Shown: positions 55,862 through 64,000 of the stretch, in pieces | Layout of the letters: each line of letters starts with the position of its first letter | Position numbering within the stretch: the first letter of the stretch is position 1 | Assembly: GCA_964429575.1 (NCBI GenBank) | Contig: CAYSCX010000012.1 | Span: forward strand, 2,195-66,194 | Direction of reading: 5' to 3' | DNA length: 64,000 nt | From: an uncultured Candidatus Binatia bacterium | Lineage (GTDB): Bacteria > Desulfobacterota > Binatia > Binatales > Binataceae | Program-made: the position numbers and the translations under genes | The notes under the pieces: model-generated | What the model was told of the DNA's origin: nothing | Databases searched by the model: none | Seen by the model: only the letters and a program-made list of their open reading frames with translations

Positions 55862-57442
55862 TTAACGCCGTGAGCTACCCGGAGCCGTTCCCCAGACGGT
55901 GAAGTGTTCGGTTCGCGAAACCGGCACGAACCCGTTCTCAATCATGTAGTTCGGGCGAACCAGCACGAGCGGGAGCGTCATGATGGGCGAGTCGCCGACG
56001 ACGGCTGATACGGTGCCTGCCGCGATCGCCTCCGAAATCGGCGCGCTCCAATAGCTGGAGGTGGTCGCGACCAGGCGGAAGAAGTCCGCGCGGCCCAGTC
56101 GTTCCCGCGCCGCCCAGAAACCGTCGCGCTCATAGCTCGCCCTCGCTTCGCGGTACACGCCGTATGTTTCTGGATAGCGGATGAGTTCCGCGCGGTTCGC
56201 TTCGAAGCTCAAGAAGGCCGGCGCGATGACGTCGCGTCCGGGCGGACTCGCGCGACGGATGGACTCCGCGAGCGTTCGTAATTCCGCGCGCGGCAGGAAG
56301 CCGAATCCGTACACGCTGCCGCGAATCCAGTTCTCGTTCACCAGCGGCGCGAACCACAGGAGCGATGCCGCAATGAACCCGACGCCGAGAGCAAGCCAGC
56401 TGCGCGCTCTTGGTGACGGCCGTTCGCCGCGAATCACGTCGCCCAGTGCCGCGACTATCGAGTCGAGACCAACCCCGGCAATGATCGCGATGTACGGGAG
56501 CGCCTCGATGTAATTGTGGCCCCACGCGGTCGGACTCAGCAGGCCGTAGAAGGCGTACTCGGCGAGCGCCATCGCCAACACCAGTCGCATCGCGGACCCG
56601 AGCGGGCGTGTCAGCGCGAGGCGCACGGCGCCGAGGATGAACAGCGGCACCAACACATCGAGAATCTCAAGCGGGTAGGCCACAACCGCCCAGGCGTCGA
56701 GACGCCCCTTCATGAAATGGAAGAGAAAGGTCTGAAAGAAGAATTCGAACCCGTAGAGGCCGTAAAGCAGGGCGCTCAACGCCACTACGCCCAACGCCGC
56801 ACCGGCGCCAACGATGATCGCGTCGCCCGAGCGGCGACCGTCAGTTGCGAGATGCGCGACGACCACGACGATCGCAATCGCAGCCGTCAGCTTCACAGCG
56901 CACGCGAGGATGAAAAGAGCTGCGATCAGTACGGCGTATTGCGGACCCTTCGCATCGTCGCGAACGGCGATGATCATCGCGAGCAGCACCAGCGGCGCAA
57001 CGAAGCATTCGCGCTCATAGACGTGATAGCGAAACAGCAGCGCGGAGAATCCGAACAGCAGCGCCGCAAGGATCGCGGTACGCCGATTCGCCGCACGCCG
57101 CGCCAGCGCGTACGTGAAAATGTTCGCGGCGTAGATCGCGCCCTCGTTCAGGATTTCAATCGTGAAGTGGCTTGCGCCGAAGAGCTTGAGATACCCTGCA
57201 GTAAGCCACTCCAACAGCGGCATGTGCGGATGAACGAAATCCAGGTACGGGCGCATTCCGACGCTCACCAGGAATGCGCTCTCAAGGTAGAAGTCGTCCT
57301 CCACCCACACTGCGGGGTAGAGCAGGCGCACAACCCGCGGCAACAACAGGACGGCGTAGAGCCAAGCCTCGGACGCGCCCGCATCAGCAGGCGACGACTT
57401 GCGGCTTTGGCGCGATGACCTTTGTGAAATCGACGAAGTCAT
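55862..57442 (-). CDS. GT-C fold glycosyltransferase (PMT/ArnT family 39/83-like), polytopic membrane protein
   Basis: More than 10 predicted TM segments. N-terminal DD/E-containing loop (VWVEDDFYLESAF). 526 aa. Confidence 0.65.
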   Translation of the reverse strand: MTSSISQRSSRQSRKSSPADAGASEAWLYAVLLLPRVVRLLYPAVWVEDDFYLESAFLVSVGMRPYLDFVHPHMPLLEWLTAGYLKLFGASHFTIEILNEGAIYAANIFTYALARRAANRRTAILAALLFGFSALLFRYHVYERECFVAPLVLLAMIIAVRDDAKGPQYAVLIAALFILACAVKLTAAIAIVVVVAHLATDGRRSGDAIIVGAGAALGVVALSALLYGLYGFEFFFQTFLFHFMKGRLDAWAVVAYPLEILDVLVPLFILGAVRLALTRPLGSAMRLVLAMALAEYAFYGLLSPTAWGHNYIEALPYIAIIAGVGLDSIVAALGDVIRGERPSPRARSWLALGVGFIAASLLWFAPLVNENWIRGSVYGFGFLPRAELRTLAESIRRASPPGRDVIAPAFLSFEANRAELIRYPETYGVYREARASYERDGFWAARERLGRADFFRLVATTSSYWSAPISEAIAAGTVSAVVGDSPIMTLPLVLVRPNYMIENGFVPVSRTEHFTVWGTAPGSSRR

Positions 57443-59193
57443 CAGCGCTGGATGTCGCGGCGGTGCGCCGCCGGTTCCGTCTCCTCGATGTAGCGTTGGT
57501 TTCGCTCGTACTCGCTCTGAGTTTCACCATGATGGTGCGCAGCGGCGCCAAGCGCGGTGCCGAGCTGATGCCGTGGCCCGACGGACTCGAATACGCGGCG
57601 GCGGCGGTCAACCTCGATCGCGGGCTGGGTCCGGTGTTGCATTTCGGGGGCTATTCTTACCCGTCGCGATACACCGAAGGCTACCCGTTGCTGCTCGCGG
57701 CGGGTTTTCCGCTGGTCGGTCGTGAGGTCGCGCGGCTCAGCCGCGTGACGCTCGCGCTGGGGCTGCTCGCGTTAGCGGCGCTCTACCTCCTGACGCTCAA
57801 ACTCTTCGGCCGCCCAAGCGCGCTGTTCGCATCGCTCATTCTCGCGACGTCGCCGCTATTCGTGACCTACTCGACGCTCGTGCTGAGCGATGTGCCGGCG
57901 CTCGCCGTCACCGTCTTGGCGGCGCTGGCACTCGCGTCGGCGACCGACGCGGAGCGAATCGCGGCGCGCGGCATGTGGTTGTGGTGGGCGCTCTTCGGGC
58001 TGCTCGCGGGATTCACCGTCATGATTCGGCCAAGCAATGCAGTGCTCCTGACGGGCGTCGCGGCGGCGTTATGGTTGGTGCCACCGGCAGGCGTTGGGCT
58101 TGCGCGATGGAAGGCCGTCGTAGCGCTTGCGCTGTCCGCGGTCGCGTTTTGCGTTGCTCCCGTGATCCAGGCTGCGGCAAACATGCGCGAACTTGGTCAT
58201 GCGCTCGCCAGCGGTTACAGCTACTGGGTGCCGGAGGTGTACGGCGCGGCGGGCAAGACATTCAAGCTCGCGTTCGCGTTCGGCCCGACGATGCCGCGCA
58301 ACCCGTACGGCAACGCGCCCGTGTACATTCTTTCATTGCTTGGACTCGACGGGGCGCTGCAGGACTCCGCGGGCCCCAGCTATTATCTCTATCCGTTTGC
58401 CGGGGCGGTGTTTGCAGCGATGGGGCTTGGCGCGATTCTTCGCAAGCCCGGCCATCGCGCGGAACGGCGCGTCGTGATTTTCGGGCTGGGATTCCTCGCC
58501 GCCCTGCTCGCCGTGTATCTCATGTATTTCTTCACCGAGGTTGCGTTTATATTGCCCGCCGCTTTCGTTGTGTTCATGGCCGCAGGGTATGGAGTGGTCG
58601 TGGCGAACCGCTGGATGCGCGATGTGTTCGGCGTGCGCTCGCGCAACGCCTACGAGTTGACTGGAATGTTGGCAGTGCTGGCACTCGACCTGATGCTGAT
58701 CGGATCAATTGCAACAGTGGTGACCGGGCGGCTCCAAGCGCGCCCTGCCGACTCGACGATGTTGACGGAACTCGCGGCGACGAGTGGAGCGATCGAACCC
58801 GCAGCCACCGTGCTCAGCAATGTCTCGCTGCAGTTCCTCGAGCTTAATGCGTCGGCGCCGGATCGAACGTTCGTCGCTCTCACCGCTGACGATCCGGGCG
58901 AGAGCTACACGGACTATCATGCGAGTCGTCTCTACGCGAAACGCGCGGCAGGGTTCGACGGTCCAGTGCCGCCCGCGCTGTTTGCGGAGGTCGCAATGTC
59001 ATCGGAGCTCACCAAGTCGCTTCTCGCCGAGTGCACCGAAGGCAAGCCGGTCTATCTGCTCCTCGCGGCGCCGCACTCGCCCGCCTATGCCCAGACGCTC
59101 AAGCGCGACCTCGACGCGATCGACACCGTCTTCACGATGGAGCCGGTGATGCGCGGTAGCGAGCTGGTTCTGTTTCAGCTCAAGCCGCGCTGA
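57415..59193 (+). CDS. GT-C fold glycosyltransferase (PMT/ArnT-like), polytopic membrane protein
   Basis: YPLLLAAGFPLVG motif, many TM helices and a C-terminal soluble domain. Start at an internal Met. Its 5' end overlaps the divergent gene start by about 28 nt. Confidence 0.65.
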   Translation: MTFVKSTKSSALDVAAVRRRFRLLDVALVSLVLALSFTMMVRSGAKRGAELMPWPDGLEYAAAAVNLDRGLGPVLHFGGYSYPSRYTEGYPLLLAAGFPLVGREVARLSRVTLALGLLALAALYLLTLKLFGRPSALFASLILATSPLFVTYSTLVLSDVPALAVTVLAALALASATDAERIAARGMWLWWALFGLLAGFTVMIRPSNAVLLTGVAAALWLVPPAGVGLARWKAVVALALSAVAFCVAPVIQAAANMRELGHALASGYSYWVPEVYGAAGKTFKLAFAFGPTMPRNPYGNAPVYILSLLGLDGALQDSAGPSYYLYPFAGAVFAAMGLGAILRKPGHRAERRVVIFGLGFLAALLAVYLMYFFTEVAFILPAAFVVFMAAGYGVVVANRWMRDVFGVRSRNAYELTGMLAVLALDLMLIGSIATVVTGRLQARPADSTMLTELAATSGAIEPAATVLSNVSLQFLELNASAPDRTFVALTADDPGESYTDYHASRLYAKRAAGFDGPVPPALFAEVAMSSELTKSLLAECTEGKPVYLLLAAPHSPAYAQTLKRDLDAIDTVFTMEPVMRGSELVLFQLKPR

Positions 59194-59373
59194 GCGTCCC
59201 GCTTACAGCGGGGCGAGCACGGCTCGGATTTCAACGCTGGGCAACTCGGCGAACGCGTCCATTCGAACGCGCGGTATGCGGCAAGGCGGGGGGATCGTCG
59301 CGTCGTGGTTGCACGGTCGCTTTGGCTCAAGCAAATCATATAATGGAGGTTCGGCGGATCGCGGCGGGCCACT

Positions 59374-59556
59374 AGCAGGGTGTTGAGAAAAGCCTTGAAT
59401 ACCAAATTGGCATCGGCCTTATTCCCAACACCCTGCGTCAAAACCTTGTCCAGAGCCATGGGCGACGGATCGGGCCGCCTTCGTATTGTTCTCCCCCTGA
59501 GGGGGAGACGCGAGCGAGGGAGCAGGCTGTTGAAAATGCCTGTTTCAACATCCTGC
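59374..59556 (+). repeat. MITE-like structured repeat, copy C (about 183 bp)
   Basis: Near-identical ends and internal hairpins to copy A, including tctccccc-tga-gggggaga and agcaggctgttgaaaatgcctgtttcaaca. It ends about 26 nt upstream of the TPR lipoprotein start. Confidence 0.7.
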
Positions 59557-59582
59557 CAAGCGTCGCGGATAGGTCGCCCCTT

Positions 59583-61391
59583 TTGACTGTGACCCCAACC
59601 ACCATTCCAAGCTTCTTACCGCGGCGGCGAATCGCACCCGCGTTGGTTCTGTTCGCGCTCACGATGCCAGCCGTCGCGATCGGATGTTCGCGCGTGACGG
59701 TGCCCAACGTGCAACCGTCGGCTACGCAATCGCCACGAAGCGCCGGGCCATTCGGTGGAGAGCCTGCGATCGCGATTCCGGCTGAGGCTCGCGCGATGGG
59801 CTCATTCCTCAAGGCGCAGGTCGCGAGCAACGAGGGCGATCGATCGGAGGCGCTCAAGGACTTTGCCGAATCGGTCCGCTACGATCCGCACAACGCGCAA
59901 CTGCGGCTGAAGCTCGCGACGCTGTACGTGCGCGACGGCGAGCTGCACAAGGCCCGCGAGCAAATCCAACAAGCGATCGCGGCCGACCCGCGCTCTGTCG
60001 ATGCACGGCTGCTCGCGGCCGGCATCGATACTGCCACCGGCGATGACGCCGGCGCCGAGCGTGAGTATCAGGAGGCGCTCAAGCTGGATCCGAAGAATCA
60101 GCAGGCTTACATCTACCTCGGCACGATCTACGCCAAGCGCGGCGACTACAAGAAAGCCGAAGAGATCTTCGAGCAGCTCATCGCGCTGCAGCCCAACTCG
60201 TTCCTCGGTTACTACTACGCGGGCCGCGTGATGGTCGCGGCGGGCAACTACTCCGAGGCCGACAAGTATTATCAGAAGGCTCTCGAGCTCAACCAGCAGC
60301 AGGAGCTGGTCCTGATCGACGTTGCGGTGCTGCGCGAGATTCAGGGCAAGCCGCAGGAAGCGATCGTCTATTACAAGAAGATCACGGCCATCAATCCGAA
60401 CAACGAGCTGGTGCGCAAGCGGCTCGCCGAGCTTTACGCCGGGCAGAAGAATTACGACCAAGCGCTGGGCGAATTGCGCCGGCTTGAATCGATGCAGGCC
60501 AACGCGACCGACACGCGGACCAAGATCGGTCTTTTGTACTACGAGCAAGGCGACCTGAATAACGCGGCCACCGAGTTCAACCTGGTGCTCGGGTCGGAGC
60601 CGGAAAATTTCAAGGTGCGCTACTACCTCGGCGCCGTCTATGCGGACCAGAACGAGCCGGACCGCGCGATGGCCGAGTTCAGCAAGATTCCAGACGGCGA
60701 TTCGTATTACGTCGAGTCGCGCCTTCAGCTCGCGAGCGTGTACACGCGCAAGAAGGATTTCGACAGCGCGATCCGTTCGCTGAATGAAGCTCTCACCAAG
60801 CGGCCAAACGAACCCGAAATAATGAGCTTCCTGGTCGGCGTGTACCAGGGAAAGAAGGATTACCCATCCGCGATCGCGACCGCCCGCAAACTTACCGAGA
60901 TCGATCCCAAGAGCGACAAGTTTCATTTCACGCTCGGCGCGCTCTACGACCTCAACAAACAGAAGGACGAGTCGGTCGTGCAAATGCGCAAGGCGGTCGA
61001 GCTGAATCCCAAGAACGCTCAGGCGCTCAACTACCTCGGCTACACCTTTGCCGAACAGGGCAAAAACCTCGACGAGGCGGAGAAGCTGATCAAAAGTGCG
61101 CTCACCATCGAACCCGACGACGGATTCTTCGTGGACAGCCTCGGCTGGGTGTATTACCAGCGCGGCGATTACAACCGCGCCATTGAGCAACTCGAACGCG
61201 CGGTGCACCTGACCGGAAACGATCCAACCATCTCCGAGCATCTTGCCGACGCGTATCTCAAAATCGGCAAGCTCAAGGATGCGGCGCTCGAATACCGTCA
61301 CGCCCTCAAGAAGTCCGAGGAGCCGGAGCAGGTCGCGCGCATCAAGGACAAGCTGCAGGTCATCGGTAATGCCGCCGGCGCCGGCGAGTAG
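59583..61391 (+). CDS. TPR-repeat lipoprotein
   Basis: Lipobox signal (LVLFALTMPAVAIGCS), then more than 10 TPR units. TTG start. Confidence 0.8.
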   Translation: MTVTPTTIPSFLPRRRIAPALVLFALTMPAVAIGCSRVTVPNVQPSATQSPRSAGPFGGEPAIAIPAEARAMGSFLKAQVASNEGDRSEALKDFAESVRYDPHNAQLRLKLATLYVRDGELHKAREQIQQAIAADPRSVDARLLAAGIDTATGDDAGAEREYQEALKLDPKNQQAYIYLGTIYAKRGDYKKAEEIFEQLIALQPNSFLGYYYAGRVMVAAGNYSEADKYYQKALELNQQQELVLIDVAVLREIQGKPQEAIVYYKKITAINPNNELVRKRLAELYAGQKNYDQALGELRRLESMQANATDTRTKIGLLYYEQGDLNNAATEFNLVLGSEPENFKVRYYLGAVYADQNEPDRAMAEFSKIPDGDSYYVESRLQLASVYTRKKDFDSAIRSLNEALTKRPNEPEIMSFLVGVYQGKKDYPSAIATARKLTEIDPKSDKFHFTLGALYDLNKQKDESVVQMRKAVELNPKNAQALNYLGYTFAEQGKNLDEAEKLIKSALTIEPDDGFFVDSLGWVYYQRGDYNRAIEQLERAVHLTGNDPTISEHLADAYLKIGKLKDAALEYRHALKKSEEPEQVARIKDKLQVIGNAAGAGE

Positions 61392-61425
61392 GCGGCAGAC
61401 TCGCGTCGAGCGGCGTATCGGACTA

Positions 61426-62247
61426 TTGGCGCGCGCCGCGGCACTTACCATCACAGCATCACTGTCGGGATGCTCGCTCCTCAGCCGCGCGCCCGCTCCG
61501 AGCACGATCGTGCAAGCGGCTGCGCCTGCGATGGATGAAGCTGCCGCGCTAATCAAAATGCTCGTGGAGCGCGACAAGTCGCTCGAGTCGATGCAGACCC
61601 GAGCGGTGATGGAATACTCGTCCGGCGATCGCAAGCTCAAGGCGAAGGAAGAGATCACCGTGCGGCGCCCCGACAACCTGCGGGTGGACGCGTTCTCACC
61701 GCTGGGCGTTGGACTCGTGGTCGCGGCGCGCGGCGGTGACTTGCAGATCTTCGATCCCTCGGAGAACAAGCTGCTGCGCGGCGCCGCAACCGCCGAGACG
61801 CTCAACCGCTTCGTGCGTATCCCGATGGCGCCGCGCGACGCGGTCCGCTTGCTGATGGGCCTGGCACCCGACGCCGGCGCGTTGCCGCAGCCCGCGGCGA
61901 TTTCGCACGCAGACGGCATGACGGTTCTACAATTTCATCTCGCCGATTTGCGGCGCAGCAACCTCGGCTTTCGCGACGGCAACCTCGCGATGGTGAACGT
62001 GCTGAGCGGCGCAGGCGATCGCAGTTACGAGGTGCGCTACAGCGATTATCGCGACATCGGCGGCATGATGCTCGCGTACCAGGTCGATGCGGAGTTCCCA
62101 GCCGAACACACCGTCGTGAAGTTTCGCTTCGAACGCCCCATCATCAACGGCCAATTGCCGCAGTCCCTGTTCGAGTTGACCCCGGGGCCCGGCGCCACCC
62201 TCGTAAACCTTGAGCAGACGGCGGCGGCCGCGCCGTCGAATCTGTAA
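61426..62247 (+). CDS. LolA/LolB-like (DUF4292-like) outer-membrane lipoprotein, hypothetical
   Basis: Lipobox LTITASLSGCS. Start assigned to a TTG after the TPR gene stop. The ORF-track upstream part overlaps the TPR gene. Confidence 0.45.
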   Translation: MARAAALTITASLSGCSLLSRAPAPSTIVQAAAPAMDEAAALIKMLVERDKSLESMQTRAVMEYSSGDRKLKAKEEITVRRPDNLRVDAFSPLGVGLVVAARGGDLQIFDPSENKLLRGAATAETLNRFVRIPMAPRDAVRLLMGLAPDAGALPQPAAISHADGMTVLQFHLADLRRSNLGFRDGNLAMVNVLSGAGDRSYEVRYSDYRDIGGMMLAYQVDAEFPAEHTVVKFRFERPIINGQLPQSLFELTPGPGATLVNLEQTAAAAPSNL

Positions 62248-62258
62248 AGCGAACGACG

Positions 62259-63965
62259 ATGCCGCAAAAGTTACGCTGCGCGCTGGTGGCCGGTGCCGCG
62301 ATCATCGCGGCGACGATGCTCGTCGCGTGCCGCGTCACTCGTCCGGCGAACCAGCACGCGCAGAGCCAGACTCTCTACACCGCGACGACCAGCGATCCGC
62401 GCACTTACAACCCCATCATCGTAACCGACACTGCCTCGGGCGAGGCCGTGCGGCGCCTGTTCGAAGGGCTGCTTGATATCAATCCCAAGACCACGCTTCC
62501 GGAGCCGGACATCGCGCAACGCTGGGAGATCGCCCCGGATGAGAAGTCCATTACGTTCTACCTGCGCCGCGATGTGAAATGGTTTGACGGGGTTCCGCTT
62601 ACGTCGCGCGACGTGCTGTTCTCGCTGCGCGTGATCTATGACCCCAAGATTCCCAACAGCATCGCGTCAAGCCTCATGATCGATGATAAGCCGCTCGCCG
62701 CCGATGCGATTGACGATTACACGGTCAGGTTCAAACTTGCGCGGCCGTTCGCACCGCTGCTCTATGCGGTCGGCTTTCCAATTATCCCCGAGCACGTTCT
62801 GAAGGAGCAGTACCAAAACGGGAGATTCAATCAGACCTGGGGCGTTGATACTGCTGCGGACAAGATGATCGGCAGCGGACCGTACCGGCTTGTGCAATTC
62901 GAACCCAGCCAGAGCCTGCAGTTCCTGCGCTACACGAACTACTGGATGAAGGATGAGCAAGGCGGGCAACTTCCGCGCCTGCGTGGCCAGACCGTCCTCA
63001 TCGTGCCGGATCTGAATACCGCGTACCTGCGGTTTCAGTCCGGACAGATCGACGTTTACACTCCGCGCGCGAAGGAAGTAAACGATCTCCGCGAGAAGGC
63101 GAAGCAGCTCGACATTACGGTAAAGGAAATCGGCATCGACACCGGGTCGATGTTTTTCGCGTTCAATCGCAACCCGCGCCACTACCTCAAAAACGGCGTG
63201 ACTGATCCCAAGTTGAGGTGGTTCACCGATCTGAACTTCATGCGCGCGCTGGCCCATTCGATCGATAAGAAGTCGATGATCGATCTTTCTTACTACGGCC
63301 TCGCGGAGCCCGCGGTCGCCGAGATTTCGCCGGCGAACAAGATCTTTCACAACCCGAACCTCAAGGAGTACGAATTCGATCCGAGGCTTGCCGCGGAGCT
63401 TTTGGAGAAGGCCGGATACCGGCTCGCGAAGTCTGGCCAGCGCGTTGACGCGCAGGGCAACCGGATCGAGTTCAACCTGACGACCAACACTGGAAATCCC
63501 GAGCGCGAGCAACTCTGCGCGATCTTCAAGCAGGACCTCGAGGACCTCGGCATCAAGGTGAATTATCGGCCGCTGGAGTTCACCACGCTGGTCGAAAAAC
63601 TCGACAGCACCTTCGATTGGGACGTCGTGCTGATGGGATTCACCGGCACCATCGAGCCGAACAACGGGTCGAATGTGCTGCGCTCGTCGGGCAATCTGCA
63701 CCTGTGGGATCCGCGCCAACCCAAGCCCGCGACAAAGTGGGAGGCCGAGATCGACAAACTGCTCGAAGCAGGCACCGCCGAAATGGATCCGCACAAGCGT
63801 GCCAAGTTCTACTGGCGCATCCAGGAAATCCTTCACGAACAGCTCCCGCTGCTCGAGACCGTCCGCCAAATCCGCTACACCGCCTACAAGAACTCGCTCG
63901 AGAACTACCAGCCGACGGTGTGGGGAACGTACCGTCAGGAGTTGATGCAGTTCCGCGCCGAGTAA
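62259..63965 (+). CDS. ABC transporter substrate-binding protein, family 5 (Opp/Dpp-like)
   Basis: Lipoprotein-like signal. The SBP_bac_5 pattern runs throughout (KWFDGVPLTSRDVLFS..., FNLTTNTGNPEREQ). 568 aa. Confidence 0.85.
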   Translation: MPQKLRCALVAGAAIIAATMLVACRVTRPANQHAQSQTLYTATTSDPRTYNPIIVTDTASGEAVRRLFEGLLDINPKTTLPEPDIAQRWEIAPDEKSITFYLRRDVKWFDGVPLTSRDVLFSLRVIYDPKIPNSIASSLMIDDKPLAADAIDDYTVRFKLARPFAPLLYAVGFPIIPEHVLKEQYQNGRFNQTWGVDTAADKMIGSGPYRLVQFEPSQSLQFLRYTNYWMKDEQGGQLPRLRGQTVLIVPDLNTAYLRFQSGQIDVYTPRAKEVNDLREKAKQLDITVKEIGIDTGSMFFAFNRNPRHYLKNGVTDPKLRWFTDLNFMRALAHSIDKKSMIDLSYYGLAEPAVAEISPANKIFHNPNLKEYEFDPRLAAELLEKAGYRLAKSGQRVDAQGNRIEFNLTTNTGNPEREQLCAIFKQDLEDLGIKVNYRPLEFTTLVEKLDSTFDWDVVLMGFTGTIEPNNGSNVLRSSGNLHLWDPRQPKPATKWEAEIDKLLEAGTAEMDPHKRAKFYWRIQEILHEQLPLLETVRQIRYTAYKNSLENYQPTVWGTYRQELMQFRAE

Positions 63966-64000
63966 ACATGCGCGTCAGTTGAACCTCGGCGCGGGGCGGT

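Noticed and set aside
1-64000. tRNA, rRNA, tmRNA and RNase P genes
   Set aside because: I inspected the longer intergenic regions (9513-9670, 23736-24286, 27110-27585, 40258-40522, 52089-52599, 59194-59582). I found no cloverleaf-compatible tRNA-like sequence or conserved ncRNA core. A covariance-model scan would be needed to be certain.

Overview
This is a 64-kb high-GC (about 68%) bacterial chromosomal segment with no rRNA, tRNA or CRISPR array that I could detect. Most of it is housekeeping: alaS, recA, prfB (with the classic programmed +1 frameshift), cysS, the B12-dependent class II RNR nrdJ, the phoH-ybeY-X-lnt operon, queG, coaE, cobS, a panE-like reductase, lutB-lutC-lutA, and exbB-exbD-exbD. 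Envelope and glycan genes are interspersed: an NdvB-like GH17-GT2 fusion translationally coupled to an MsbA/NdvA-like ABC exporter, two divergent GT-C (PMT/ArnT-like) glycosyltransferases, a lytic transglycosylase, and several TPR/NHL/HEAT/VWA proteins.

The signals most worth a second look are:
- A roughly 2-kb lower-GC islet (about 50-57% GC) between prfB and lnt. It carries an uncharacterised gene pair, a TcmP-like protein plus a three-Cys-motif protein (DUF5131, phage Gp37/Gp68 family). This is my best candidate for an undescribed system.
- A MITE-like structured repeat of about 155-185 bp with terminal inverted repeats of about 18 bp. Three same-orientation copies sit in intergenic regions immediately upstream of genes.
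- A second REP-like palindromic repeat of about 30 bp, in two copies at convergent gene ends.
- An unknown 184-aa protein in the corC slot of the phoH-ybeY-X-lnt operon, with faint DarT/DUF4433-like motifs.
- An exbB-exbD-exbD operon followed by a Gly-rich membrane VWA protein instead of tonB.

Coordinates derived from the ORF track are exact. Coordinates for non-ORF elements are approximate (within a few nt).
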